Notes under the pieces: generated by a model | What the model saw: only the letters and a program-made list of their open reading frames with translations | Databases searched by the model: none | Told to the model about the DNA's origin: nothing | Shown here: piece after piece, positions 51,679-62,184 of the stretch | Layout of the letters: every line of letters begins with the position of its first letter | How positions within the stretch are numbered: position 1 is the first letter of the stretch | Made by a program: the position numbers and the translations under genes | Source: Acidimicrobiia bacterium | GTDB taxonomy: Bacteria > Actinomycetota > Acidimicrobiia > Spongiisociales > Spongiisociaceae | Direction of reading: 5' to 3' | Length of the DNA: 64,000 nucleotides | NCBI GenBank assembly: GCA_041576165.1 | Contig: JBFGLM010000008.1 | Coordinates: forward strand, 1-64,000

Positions 51679-53205
51679 GTGCGCCGCCGCCTCATCACAA
51701 TGCTGATCGTGATAGTCATCGCGTGGGGTGGCATGGCGGCCGCGCTGGCCGCGGGGATGGGGCCGCGGTTGGGACTCGACCTGCGGGGTGGGACCAGTGT
51801 GATCCTGACCGCTCCCGACGGCACCCCGGAGGAGCTGGTCGGCACTGCGGTCGACATCATGCGCCGGCGGATAGAAGACTTTGGCGACGTCCAGGAACCG
51901 GAGATCTCGATATCCGGGGGCACCAGCGTGCTGGTCAGCCTGCCGGGTGTGACCGACCAAGAACGCGCTCTGGATGCCATCGGACAGACCGGTGAGCTGT
52001 CGTTCCGTCCGGTCCTCGACCAGGGCCCGATCAGCCCGCTGCTGTTCGAACAGTTCCTGCAGCAGGCGGAGGAGGAGGGTGCGACGACCGACACCACTCT
52101 GGGCGAGGGTGAAAACACGACCGACGCAGCGGAAGAGTTGCCGCCGGTCGAGGTTCCGCCGGGGGTCGACCCCGATACCGGCCTCACCATCTCCGACAGT
52201 CCCGACCTTCCGGCCGCCTGGCTCCCGGAACTCGACGAAAACAACCAGCCAGTGGCCGTGTACGAGGTCGGGCAGGCCGCGCTGGGCGGCAGCGACGTCG
52301 CCGACGCGCTGGCGTTGTTCGGTCAGAGCCTGGGCAGCGGCTGGACGGTGCAACTGAACCTGACCGGCGATGGCGCAGAGAAATTCGCCGATATCACGGC
52401 TCAGCTGGCGGGCGAGCCACTCGGCAGCCCCACCCGGCAGCTCGCCATCGTGCTCGACGGAGTGGTGGTGGCGGCGCCGCAGGTGAACGAGACGGTGAGC
52501 CCGGCGACAGGTATCACGGGAGGGACGGCCGTGATAACCCTCGGCGGAGACGAGCAGGAGGCCCGTGATCTGGCGACGGTGCTCCGGTATGGCTCATTGC
52601 CGGTCGCCTTCGAGCGGTCATCAGTACAAAAGGTGTCGGCGACGCTGGGTTCCGACGCGCTGGCTGCCGGCCTCGCGGCCGGTATCGGAGGTCTCGTGCT
52701 GGTGATCCTCTTCCTGCTCTTCTACTACCGGGCACTGGGGCTGGTCACGCTGGTCGGCATCACCGTGTTCGGCTCGCTACTCGTTCTTGCGTTCTCGCTG
52801 CTCGGGGAGATCCAGGGGCTTACGCTGACGTTGTCCGGCGTGGCCGGCGTGATTGTTGCGATCGGCATCACGGCTGATTCGTACATCGTGTATTTCGAGC
52901 GATTGAAAGAAGAAGCCCGGGGCGGCCGAACGATCGCAGACGCGTCGGACGAGGCGTTCCGGCACGCGTTCCGGACGATCCTCACGGCCGACTTCGTCTC
53001 ATTCATGGGGGCAGCGCTGCTGTGGGCCCTCTCGGTCGGCGCAGTGAAAGGATTCGCGCTCGCGCTGGGCATTGCAACCGTCCTCGACGTGATCGTCGCG
53101 TACTTCTTCACCCGCAACTTCGTGGCCTTGCTGGCCCGGAGCGGCGCGGCCGAGGGCGGCGCATTCAGCATCAGGGCCGCCACCGGTACGGGAGCGGCAG
53201 CGTGA
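51679..53205 (+). CDS. secD: Protein translocase subunit SecD
   Basis: LGLDLRGG, LAIVLDG, LRYGSLP and ADSYIVYFER motifs. Confidence 0.96.
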   Translation: MRRRLITMLIVIVIAWGGMAAALAAGMGPRLGLDLRGGTSVILTAPDGTPEELVGTAVDIMRRRIEDFGDVQEPEISISGGTSVLVSLPGVTDQERALDAIGQTGELSFRPVLDQGPISPLLFEQFLQQAEEEGATTDTTLGEGENTTDAAEELPPVEVPPGVDPDTGLTISDSPDLPAAWLPELDENNQPVAVYEVGQAALGGSDVADALALFGQSLGSGWTVQLNLTGDGAEKFADITAQLAGEPLGSPTRQLAIVLDGVVVAAPQVNETVSPATGITGGTAVITLGGDEQEARDLATVLRYGSLPVAFERSSVQKVSATLGSDALAAGLAAGIGGLVLVILFLLFYYRALGLVTLVGITVFGSLLVLAFSLLGEIQGLTLTLSGVAGVIVAIGITADSYIVYFERLKEEARGGRTIADASDEAFRHAFRTILTADFVSFMGAALLWALSVGAVKGFALALGIATVLDVIVAYFFTRNFVALLARSGAAEGGAFSIRAATGTGAAA

Positions 53206-54287
53206 GCGTCATTCAGCGGCTCTTCCAGGGCCGAACCGATTTCGATTTTGTCGGCGCTGCGAAGCGGCGATGGCTCATCGTGTCCGGAGCGGCGATCGTC
53301 ATCTGTCTTCTCAGTCTCGGATTTCGCGGGTTGAACCTGAGCCTCGATTTTCTCGGTGGAATCTCGGTTGACGTGCCAAATGCGGCCGGGGCGAGCATCG
53401 GCGACGTGCGGGACGCAGTGACGGCTCTGGGCATAGACGATGCCCGCATTCAGCTCATCGACGACGGGGCGGAACTGCGGGTCCGCACCGGAACGGTGGA
53501 CACCGCGGTTCAAGACCAGCTGACCCAGGCGGTGGCGGGGGTGGTCGGTGTCACGATCGACGACACGAACGTCGAATCGGTCGGCCCGACGTTCGGCGAG
53601 GACATCACGCGGCGAGCTATTCGCGCCCTCGTCGTGTTCCTGATCGTCGTCGTGATCTTCATCTCTCTGCGTTTCGAGTGGAAGATGGCACTCGCGGCGC
53701 TGGCCGCCTTGGCGCACGACCTCATCCTCACCTTCGGCGCCTATTCGGTGATCGGATTCGAGGTCACCCCGGCGACCGTCGTGGCTATCCTCACGATCCT
53801 CGGGTATTCGCTGTACGACACGGTGGTCGTCTTCGACAAGGTCAAGGAGAACATCGACCTGTACCGAGACGAGAAGACCATCACCGGCATCGTCAACCTG
53901 TCCATGAACCAGGTGCTGATGCGATCGATCAATACCTCTCTGACCAGCCTGCTCCCGGTGGGTTCTCTGTTGTTCGTGGGGTCCTTGCTCCTCGGGGCCG
54001 GCACGTTGCGAGAATTCGCGCTGGCCCTGTTCGTGGGCATCGGTGCAGGCACCTATTCATCGCTGTTCGTTGCGTCACCTCTGCTGGCCATTTGGAAGGA
54101 ACGCGAAGACGAGTGGGGCCGGCGCCGGTATCGCACCGAGAAGAAGGCGGAACAGCGCGTCGTGTCCGAGAAGGCATCGAGGTCTGCCTCCCAGCGCCTC
54201 TCGTCACAGGGACAGAGGTCGGCCGGGGGCCGGCCACCGGGAGGTTCGGGTGCCGCGCCGCGGCCCCCCAAGAAACGCAAACGCTGA
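53202..54287 (+). CDS. secF: Protein translocase subunit SecF
   Basis: LDFLGG, VGPTFG, GYSLYDTVVVFD and RSINTS motifs. Confidence 0.96.
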   Translation: MSVIQRLFQGRTDFDFVGAAKRRWLIVSGAAIVICLLSLGFRGLNLSLDFLGGISVDVPNAAGASIGDVRDAVTALGIDDARIQLIDDGAELRVRTGTVDTAVQDQLTQAVAGVVGVTIDDTNVESVGPTFGEDITRRAIRALVVFLIVVVIFISLRFEWKMALAALAALAHDLILTFGAYSVIGFEVTPATVVAILTILGYSLYDTVVVFDKVKENIDLYRDEKTITGIVNLSMNQVLMRSINTSLTSLLPVGSLLFVGSLLLGAGTLREFALALFVGIGAGTYSSLFVASPLLAIWKEREDEWGRRRYRTEKKAEQRVVSEKASRSASQRLSSQGQRSAGGRPPGGSGAAPRPPKKRKR

Positions 54288-54373
54288 GCGGGCGGTCTCG
54301 ATCGACATCCACGAATCCCAAACCCGGCCGCATACCGCACAGGGAACCCACCAGCGGATCTAACATTCAGGGC

Positions 54374-54895
54374 ATGAACGCCGCCGAGCTGTCCTCATTG
54401 GTTCGGGATATTCCCGACTTTCCCGAGCCGGGGATCATCTTCAAGGACATCACGCCCGTGTTGAGCGACCGGGAGGCGTTCACCGCGCTCATCGACCACT
54501 TGGCGGCTCCTTTCTACGGTGAAGTCGATGCGGTAGCGGGCATCGAGGCGCGTGGTTTCATGCTCGCCACCCCGGTGGCTCGAGCGCTCGACACCGGGTT
54601 CGTCCCGTTGCGGAAGCCGGGCAAACTGCCATATGACGTGCATCGCGAGGAGTACGCGCTCGAGTACGGCACCGACGCCCTCGAAATGCATACAGACGCC
54701 GTCCGTGACGGCGACCGAATACTCGTCGTTGATGACGTGATCGCGACGGGCGGCACCGCAGAAGCTGCGGTCAGTCTGCTCAACGCAGCCGGCGCGCACG
54801 CCGTCGGCGTAGCGGTATTCATCGAGCTCGCCTTCCTCAACGGCAAGGACCGGCTCGGCTCAACTCCGCTGCATGCGATCACCGTCTATGACTGA
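54374..54895 (+). CDS. apt: Adenine phosphoribosyltransferase
   Basis: DFPEPGIIFKDIT, EARGF, LEYG and VDDVIATGGT motifs. Confidence 0.97.
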   Translation: MNAAELSSLVRDIPDFPEPGIIFKDITPVLSDREAFTALIDHLAAPFYGEVDAVAGIEARGFMLATPVARALDTGFVPLRKPGKLPYDVHREEYALEYGTDALEMHTDAVRDGDRILVVDDVIATGGTAEAAVSLLNAAGAHAVGVAVFIELAFLNGKDRLGSTPLHAITVYD

Positions 54896-57077
54896 ACCCT
54901 CTTCCTACGACGTCGCCGCCTCGGCCGAACTGGCCCCTGTGCTGGCGGCTCTGCGGCGCCATTACGCCAACCCGGATGAGAGCGTCGTCACGGCCGCATA
55001 CGAAGTAGCCCGCCGCAGCCATCAGGGTCAGTTCCGCAAGTCGGGGGAGCCGTTCATCACCCACCCGCTGGCCGTCGCCCAGATCCTGGCCGACTACGGC
55101 CTCGATGCCGACACGCTGGCTGCTGCCCTGCTCCACGACACGGTCGAGGACACCGATCTCACCTTGGAGGACGTGGAACGCCAATTCGGGCCGGATGTTG
55201 CGCGCATCACCGACGGCGTCACCAAGCTCGATCGGATCAAGTTCAACACTCGCGAGGAGGCCCAGGCGGCGACCATCCGCAAGATGGTCGTGGCGATGGC
55301 CCAGGACGTGCGGGTGTTGATCATCAAGCTGGCAGACCGTCTTCACAACATCCGCACCATCTCCTCCCTCCCCGAAGAAAAGCAACGCGAGAAGGCCACT
55401 GAGACGCTCGAGATCTATGCGCCGCTGGCTCACCGACTGGGCGTCCAAGAGATCAAGCACGAGATGGAGAATCGTTCGTTCGCGATCCTCCATCCCCGCC
55501 GGTTCCAGGAAATCAAGGATCTCATCCAGCAACGCGCCCCGGAACGGGAGGCCGTCATCGACAAGGTGATCGGGGAAGTCCAAGCGATCCTCGACAAGGC
55601 CGGCATCGAGGCGCAGATCACCGGCCGCCCGAAGCACCACTACTCGATCTATCGCAAGATGGTCGATACGGGCCAGTCCTTCGAGGACATCCATGACCTG
55701 ATCGGAGTGCGGGTCGTCGTAGGGAGCGAGCGTGACTCTTACGCCGTCCTCGGGATGATCCATGCCGTGTGGCCACCGGTGCATGGGCGGTTCAAGGATT
55801 ACATCGCGATGCCCAAGTTCAACCTGTACCAGAGCATCCACACCACGGTGGTCGGCCCCGACGGCAAACCGCTCGAAGTGCAGATTCGCACCACCGAAAT
55901 GCACCAGCGCGCCGAGTTCGGTATCGCCGCCCACTGGCGGTACAAGGAAGGGGCGGACACCGATTTGCCTTGGATGGCGGACCTACGTCGTCTCCAGGAG
56001 GACTATGACGATCCCACAGAATTCCTCGACGAGCTGAAGCTCGATCTCTATCAGGATGAGGTCTTCGTCCTGACCCCCGCAGGTGACGTGAAGGTCCTGC
56101 CGCGGGGCGCCACACCGGTCGACTTCGCTTACTCGATCCATACCGAGGTCGGACATCGATGTTCGGGAGCCCGTGTGAACGGCCGGCTCGTGCCCCTGGC
56201 TACGGGGCTGGAGTCTGGCGACATCGTCGAGATCATCACGACCCGATCGGTGGATGCCGGACCCACCCGCGACTGGCTGGGCTTCGTTCGCACCGCCAAA
56301 GCCCGTTCGAAGATCAAGCAATGGTTCACTCGGGAGCGGCGGGAGACCTCAACTGCTCAGGGGCGGGAGAAGGTCTACGCGCTGCTGCGCCGCGAGCAGC
56401 TTGGAGGAGATGCCGATGCTCGGGATTCCGCGCTGGTGGAGGTCGCAGAGGCACTGAACTACAAAGATCGTGATGCCATGTTCGCAGCCGTGGGGGATGG
56501 CGGGCTTTCTCCAACGACCGTCGTCTCTCGGGTTCGCCGGCTCCGGGAAGCGGACACGACCGAGGAGATGGAAGCGCTGGCGCCGGTTCGCCAGCGGGCC
56601 AGCCGGCCGCTGGGTGAAGGGATCATTGTCGAGGGTCTCGACGACGTCTGGGTGAGAGTGGCGCGTTGCTGCAACCCCGTGCCGGGCGATGACATCGTGG
56701 GCTTCGTGACCATCGGACGAGGGGTGTCGGTCCATCGAGCCGATTGCGGCAACGTGGTGGCGCTCGGCGAACGGGCCGAGCGCATGATCGAGGTGGCCTG
56801 GGCGCCACACCGCGTCGGGAGTTTCACTGTCTGGTTTCAGGTCGAGGCCCTGGACCGGCCCAACCTGCTGCGCGACGTGACCGGCGCCATCTCCGATGTC
56901 GGGGGCAATATCGTGGCGTCCTCGACGTCCACCGACGCCGACCGGGTGGCGATCCTTCGGTACGAGGTGGAGCTGTCAGATCCGTCGCAAGTGGACCGGG
57001 TGCTAGCCGACATGCGGAGCGTGGAGTCGGTCTACGACGCGTTCCGGTTGGTGCCGCGCGGCGACCGGGCGAACTAG
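54888..57077 (+). CDS. relA: Bifunctional (p)ppGpp synthetase/hydrolase
   Basis: HD motif LHDTVED, RFKD synthetase motif, TGS, CC and ACT domains. Confidence 0.97.
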   Translation: MTEPSSYDVAASAELAPVLAALRRHYANPDESVVTAAYEVARRSHQGQFRKSGEPFITHPLAVAQILADYGLDADTLAAALLHDTVEDTDLTLEDVERQFGPDVARITDGVTKLDRIKFNTREEAQAATIRKMVVAMAQDVRVLIIKLADRLHNIRTISSLPEEKQREKATETLEIYAPLAHRLGVQEIKHEMENRSFAILHPRRFQEIKDLIQQRAPEREAVIDKVIGEVQAILDKAGIEAQITGRPKHHYSIYRKMVDTGQSFEDIHDLIGVRVVVGSERDSYAVLGMIHAVWPPVHGRFKDYIAMPKFNLYQSIHTTVVGPDGKPLEVQIRTTEMHQRAEFGIAAHWRYKEGADTDLPWMADLRRLQEDYDDPTEFLDELKLDLYQDEVFVLTPAGDVKVLPRGATPVDFAYSIHTEVGHRCSGARVNGRLVPLATGLESGDIVEIITTRSVDAGPTRDWLGFVRTAKARSKIKQWFTRERRETSTAQGREKVYALLRREQLGGDADARDSALVEVAEALNYKDRDAMFAAVGDGGLSPTTVVSRVRRLREADTTEEMEALAPVRQRASRPLGEGIIVEGLDDVWVRVARCCNPVPGDDIVGFVTIGRGVSVHRADCGNVVALGERAERMIEVAWAPHRVGSFTVWFQVEALDRPNLLRDVTGAISDVGGNIVASSTSTDADRVAILRYEVELSDPSQVDRVLADMRSVESVYDAFRLVPRGDRAN

Positions 57078-57197
57078 TCATCGCTGCTTTGGTCTTCGTC
57101 CGCTGATCCAGACCTGGGAGTCGTAGGGCCCTCCAGCGGTCCAGGGCAGCGCCGGCGTGCGGTGGACTAGTCACCACTTTGGGTGGTTGAATAGCGC

Positions 57198-57225
57198 TCA
57201 AAATACCACTGTTCGTGGTCGATAC
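57198..57225 (+). promoter_or_regulatory. Sigma-28-like promoter
   Basis: TCAA-N16-GTCGATAC; ATG 7 nt downstream. Confidence 0.55.
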
Positions 57226-57232
57226 GAGCAGT

Positions 57233-59206
57233 ATGAACATTCTGCGTTCCCGCGCCAGCGCCCGACTGGTAGCCGATGGGGGCTTCACGATCATGGAATC
57301 GGTCGTGGCGCTCGTGATCATCTTCGGGCTGATCCTGGTGATGGTCCGCACCTTCGACACCAGCACCGACGTCCTGGTGCAGTCCAACCGCCGCTCCGCC
57401 GCCAACGCGCTCGCCTCCGAGCTACTCGAGCGCTCCCGCTCGCTGGAGTGGGAACACATGGGCCTGACCGCCAACGCCAATGGGTCCGCCTGCCCCGACG
57501 ACGTGGCGTGTGCCTCCCATCCGCCGAGCGTCAGTTCCGAAGTCACGGTCAACGCGAACGGGAACTATGCGTTCGACGGTGAAGAGATCGTGTTTGCCAA
57601 CGGTGACACATTCGATCCCTTTCTCTCGTTCAACGACCAGGTCACTCGGGACGACGTCGTCTACGAGCGCTACCTCTTCGTGACGTCGGTGCGAGACGAT
57701 CCGCTGGATCCTGCGACCGAGCGCCTCCGCCGCATCACTGCGATCGTCCGGTGGCAAGCCCCCAACGGGTTCCCTGAGGAGATTCGCATGGCGACCTTGG
57801 TCGCCGAGTTCATTGAGCCGTCCCAGCCGTTCATGACTGGCGAGGTGGCCTTCGACGGCGGCACGGTGAATCTGCGGGGCAGCGAGAGCCGCTGTGCGTC
57901 GGATCCGCAGTGCGGGGCGTTTGTGGAGGGGACGTCCGATCTCGCCGCAGGTCTTCCGAGAGAGGATCTTCAGCTCGATCTGTACTTCCCCGACCTTCTG
58001 CTGTCCGCCACGACCGACTACGTGTCCCAGGGTTCGTATCGGGGGTCGAGCTCCACGGCCGACATCCGCTGGGCCGGGCCCGACGGTCTCGTCACCACTG
58101 CCGACGACATCTTCACGCAGATCTTGCCGGTGGAGGAGGAGACCTACGTGGATGACGATGCGTCGTCTCTGCCCGTGCTCAACGAGCCCCGCACGGTTGC
58201 GGTCGATCTGCTGCCCCTGTTCCAGTCATCGGCGGCCCCGCCATATGATGTAGTACTGGCCGATCTGGACAGGGTTGGGGATCTGAACCTCTCGGTGAAC
58301 CCGGATCTCGAGTACGCCACGGTGGACGGCGAGGCCTGGATCCGGCACGACATCGACCCCGGACCCGCTGTCGACGACGGACTGCCCTATACGGCATCCG
58401 AGCTAGGCAGTTCCGACACCACCAGGGTCGGGTTTCGGGAGTACGAGGACCCTGCAGCTCGGGCTGCGTACGAGATCTGGCTGGCCGCTCCGCTCGACGA
58501 CCCGGTCTACGAGTTCACGTTCGCCCGCATGGGCGACACCACCAACGTCGATGCACTCGCCTTCGACGGTCACGTCGACCGGTTGGACGACGCTTCGGAC
58601 AACCGGCAGGTGCACGCCGACTTCGACTGGTCCGGCGAGAAGCTGCACTTGTTCGACGACACGGTCATTCCGAAACAGCCGGGGTCGACCGACTTCGAAG
58701 GCTGGGTGCGGGTCACCCTCCCCGCGTTGAGCGCCACGACGCCGTTCCAGGCCGGCGAAAGCGCCGCGTTCCCGCCCGCGACAACGATCACCGGCGACCT
58801 GATTGTGGAGTTCTGGAACGCTCCGGACAAGCGCTACGACACAGCGTTTTCGGGTTTCGCCGGCATGGAGTGCGCAGCCAGTTCGACAACGGTCTCTTTC
58901 ACGTCTGTGATCGGCGGGCCTCAGTCGCTGTCGCTGTCTCTGCCGGACGAGCCGCGGGTGACCTACGAGGTCGATGCGGAAGTGACCATTCGCCCGTTCT
59001 GCCCGTCCCACACCCTCGACCCGAACGGCGACGTAGCCCAGGCCGACGTGTCATTCGCCCAGATGGTCACCGGCACCGTGTCGTACAAGGTGACCGATGA
59101 CCTCATGGCGCTGTTCCTGGGCGATGGGCTGCTGTACGACCTGGCGCTGGACTTCGACGCCGGCGGAGTGGACACCACAGTCATCTTCGTGAATCCGGAA
59201 GCGTGA
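57233..59206 (+). CDS. Large type IV minor pilin-like protein (PilV-like N-terminus)
   Basis: Class III signal G|FTIMESVVAL with E5; long acidic C-terminal region. Confidence 0.8.
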   Translation: MNILRSRASARLVADGGFTIMESVVALVIIFGLILVMVRTFDTSTDVLVQSNRRSAANALASELLERSRSLEWEHMGLTANANGSACPDDVACASHPPSVSSEVTVNANGNYAFDGEEIVFANGDTFDPFLSFNDQVTRDDVVYERYLFVTSVRDDPLDPATERLRRITAIVRWQAPNGFPEEIRMATLVAEFIEPSQPFMTGEVAFDGGTVNLRGSESRCASDPQCGAFVEGTSDLAAGLPREDLQLDLYFPDLLLSATTDYVSQGSYRGSSSTADIRWAGPDGLVTTADDIFTQILPVEEETYVDDDASSLPVLNEPRTVAVDLLPLFQSSAAPPYDVVLADLDRVGDLNLSVNPDLEYATVDGEAWIRHDIDPGPAVDDGLPYTASELGSSDTTRVGFREYEDPAARAAYEIWLAAPLDDPVYEFTFARMGDTTNVDALAFDGHVDRLDDASDNRQVHADFDWSGEKLHLFDDTVIPKQPGSTDFEGWVRVTLPALSATTPFQAGESAAFPPATTITGDLIVEFWNAPDKRYDTAFSGFAGMECAASSTTVSFTSVIGGPQSLSLSLPDEPRVTYEVDAEVTIRPFCPSHTLDPNGDVAQADVSFAQMVTGTVSYKVTDDLMALFLGDGLLYDLALDFDAGGVDTTVIFVNPEA

Positions 59207-59814
59207 TCATGCTGCACCGCATTCGACAGATCAAGGACGACGAGCGGGGTCTCACGCTCACCGAATTGATGGTCTCGGTGATGCTGCTGACCATTGTTTC
59301 AGTCATCCTCACCAGCACGTTGGTGTCCACGACGCTGGCGACTCGAGATGTCCAAAACGCCGCCGTGAGCAACGACAACGTCCGCCTGGTCATCCAAACC
59401 CTCGACCGGGAAGTCAGGTCGGCCGAACGTATCTGCTTGCCAACGCCTGGTACGTCGGGGAACACGCTCTCGTTCCGCACGAGAGCCTGGGTAGCCGCGC
59501 CGCCGCCGCTGGGTTATCGCGACATCATCTACCAGCTCAACCCCGATGCAGGCGGGGACCTGACGGTTCTACAGAAATCCGAGGACAACGGCGTCACTTG
59601 GCGCACGGTGATCGAAAACGTCGAGAACGTGAGCATCGGAGACGACCTGTTCGAGAACCAGGGCGATGTGACGACGGCCTTGCCCAGCCAGGGCAAGGTG
59701 ATCACGGTCCGCGCGTGGGTGGATTCCAACCCCAATGACCGGGTCGGGGCCGAGCTTGCAACGACCGAGATCTCGGGTCGAAACATTTGGACGCCAAGCG
59801 CGCAGGGCTGCTGA
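59203..59814 (+). CDS. Type IV minor pilin (PilW/GspJ-like)
   Basis: ERG|LTLTELMVSV; LDREVRSA. Confidence 0.85.
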   Translation: MIMLHRIRQIKDDERGLTLTELMVSVMLLTIVSVILTSTLVSTTLATRDVQNAAVSNDNVRLVIQTLDREVRSAERICLPTPGTSGNTLSFRTRAWVAAPPPLGYRDIIYQLNPDAGGDLTVLQKSEDNGVTWRTVIENVENVSIGDDLFENQGDVTTALPSQGKVITVRAWVDSNPNDRVGAELATTEISGRNIWTPSAQGC

Positions 59815-59898
59815 GGTGACTAGGACGCCCGCGCCTCAGTCAGATGACACTCCGGAAATCCGGTTCGATCTGCCGACCTCATTAGTGGAGGTTCAGAA

Positions 59899-61428
59899 AT
59901 GAAATCACTGATCTCGCTGCTCAGAGGCGACCGAGGCGTAGGCATGGTGACTGCCCTTTCCGTGTCCTTCGTCGTGACCTCGCTGGCCGTCACTTGGTAC
60001 GCGATAGGGGTCCACGAACTGGACGAGGTCGCCTTCGATGCCAACCGGACGGGCGCGATCAACATGGCGGAAGCCGGCGCCCGTGAGGCGATGTACCTGC
60101 TGGCCAACGACCAGACCTTCCGGGACGACGCTCTACTTGCGGACGGGGCCAACACGGGCATCACTGCCGGAGTGTGCCAGCTGACGCCGGTTGATAGCCG
60201 GGTCAACGGCACCCCCCGTCAAATCGGTGAGTACTGGTACCGGGCCACCAAAGTGGACCCGGCCGACCCCGTCGACTTGCGCTATCTGATCGAGTCGTGG
60301 GGTTGGGCGCCCGCTCACGATCGCCGTCAGTCCAGTGCCAAGAAGATCGAGTTCGAGATCGAGTTGCAGCCCTATGGGGGAGGCTTCTACCACGCCCTCT
60401 TTGCCTCCGGGGGCGGCCTGACGGCCGGCAACCGCAAAGAGATCTATGGCGACGCCTACTCCGGACAAAACGTATCGATCAACAACATCAGCCGGATCTA
60501 TGCGAACGACGGCGGCTACCCGGGTGACGGCAACCTGGACATATACGGCGATCTCGAGATCGGTGGCGGGTCCAACGTCGACATCGAGGGCTACGTCAAG
60601 GTCAACGGTTACATCCAGGATGACAAAGTTGGCACGGTTTACCGCAAAGATGCCATCGTCCTGCACGACAACCTGGTCTCACCGTACGTGAACACCTGGT
60701 TCCGCAATGCGACCGTGAATCAGACCCTTTTCGCCGCTGCTCCCGCGAGCGACGTGACCGGCACGGTGGCGGCCGGCACCGAAGTCTACGACGCGACCGG
60801 AATCGCGCCGGTTCCCGACGTCGGGCTTCCGAGCTTCACGTGGGATGCCACCGAATACTCCCCTGCCGGCACCGTCTGGGCCACGTGGGCCGATTTCGAT
60901 GCGTGGTACGACGCCAACGACAACGACCTCAAGGGAGCGCATTACGTACAAGACACGGGCTCCTACGTTCTCGACCTCGGCGGTTCTTACCTCACAGGAC
61001 ATTTCGTGCTGGCCTTCGACGGCAACGTCACGGTGAAGCGGACTCCGTCAGGTTCGTCACAGCCGGGGGGCGGGCCGGCCCAGATCGTCCTCGCCGGTCT
61101 GCAGACGACCAGCGACGTGGTCCTAGCCCAATCCTCAGACTCAATCGAGGGCGTCGTCCATCATCTGATCGTCACCCGGGGCAATTTCGGGGCTGCAAAT
61201 CAGTCGACCATATATGGCGCGATCTACGGCTACGGCGACATCTCTTCCAACCGGCTGGAAGTCCACTTCCGCCCACCCGTCGAAGAAACAGTCGTCGGCT
61301 TCGAATTCGATCCCAGCCTGGCCGACCAGTTCCGGCCCGAGCCCGGTGTGTGGCGGGAGACGGCGCCGTCGGTCGACTCGGTGGGCCTGAAGAAGCCGAC
61401 CACCGGGTATTGGTGCAACCTGCCGTAG
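59899..61428 (+). CDS. PilX/GspK-like minor pilin
   Basis: DRG|VGMVTAL without E5; A..MAEAG motif; beta-rich Gly/Asn region; C-terminal PGVWRE. Confidence 0.75.
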   Translation: MKSLISLLRGDRGVGMVTALSVSFVVTSLAVTWYAIGVHELDEVAFDANRTGAINMAEAGAREAMYLLANDQTFRDDALLADGANTGITAGVCQLTPVDSRVNGTPRQIGEYWYRATKVDPADPVDLRYLIESWGWAPAHDRRQSSAKKIEFEIELQPYGGGFYHALFASGGGLTAGNRKEIYGDAYSGQNVSINNISRIYANDGGYPGDGNLDIYGDLEIGGGSNVDIEGYVKVNGYIQDDKVGTVYRKDAIVLHDNLVSPYVNTWFRNATVNQTLFAAAPASDVTGTVAAGTEVYDATGIAPVPDVGLPSFTWDATEYSPAGTVWATWADFDAWYDANDNDLKGAHYVQDTGSYVLDLGGSYLTGHFVLAFDGNVTVKRTPSGSSQPGGGPAQIVLAGLQTTSDVVLAQSSDSIEGVVHHLIVTRGNFGAANQSTIYGAIYGYGDISSNRLEVHFRPPVEETVVGFEFDPSLADQFRPEPGVWRETAPSVDSVGLKKPTTGYWCNLP

Positions 61429-61539
61429 GCAACCCATCGGGGGAGAACCTCAGGGGTCGCTCCAGCGCCACCGAGGCCGCAGCCGGGTAGGCCGTAACTC
61501 GACCAGACCACCACCGGTGGCTGACTACCCTGGTGGGCC

Positions 61540-62184
61540 GTGCTGATCGATGGAACCTCCTTGTGGGTCGCACAAACCAACACGTACGTGATCGCGCCCG
61601 AGCCCGGAGGTGCGGCCGTGGTAGTCGACGCGCCGCCCGACCCGGCCGGGATCGCCCGGCTACTGGCCCGCCACGACCTCACGCCGGTCGCGCTCCTCGT
61701 CACGCACGGCCACATCGATCACGTCGGCGGCGCAGGCTCTTTGGTGCGCTCGACCGGAGTGACGGCATATGTCCACCCCGACGACGACTACCTGACCATG
61801 GATCCCGAGGGCCAGCTTCGCGGTTTGTTCGGGATGGCCATCGAAGGTGACTTCTCGCCGCCGGAGCGATTCGAGGCATTGGAAGACGGACAGAAGCTCG
61901 ACCTGGGCGGGGTCAGCTTCGAGGTAGTGCTCACGCCCGGCCACACGCCAGGGCACTGCTGCTTCCTGTTGCGTGACGAGGGGATACTGTTGTCCGGCGA
62001 CCAGCTGTTTGCCGGCTCGATCGGCCGAACCGACCTGCCGGGCGGCGACTTCGACACCCTGATCCAGAGCATGAAGGACAAGATCCTGACTCTCGACGAC
62101 GACATCGACGTCCTGCCGGGCCATGGCCCCCGCACAACCATCGGTCTGGAGCGGCGGACCAACCCCTTCCTGGTCGGACTCTGA
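61540..62184 (+). CDS. MBL-fold hydrolase (glyoxalase II-like)
   Basis: THGHIDH, PGHTPG, GD.LFAGSIGRTD and PGHG motifs. Confidence 0.93.
   Translation: MLIDGTSLWVAQTNTYVIAPEPGGAAVVVDAPPDPAGIARLLARHDLTPVALLVTHGHIDHVGGAGSLVRSTGVTAYVHPDDDYLTMDPEGQLRGLFGMAIEGDFSPPERFEALEDGQKLDLGGVSFEVVLTPGHTPGHCCFLLRDEGILLSGDQLFAGSIGRTDLPGGDFDTLIQSMKDKILTLDDDIDVLPGHGPRTTIGLERRTNPFLVGL

Noticed and set aside
59850-59880. Fifth sigma-28 promoter before the PilX-like gene
   Set aside because: GCCGAC is present but the -35 and spacing match poorly; the similar site near 34790 is equally weak
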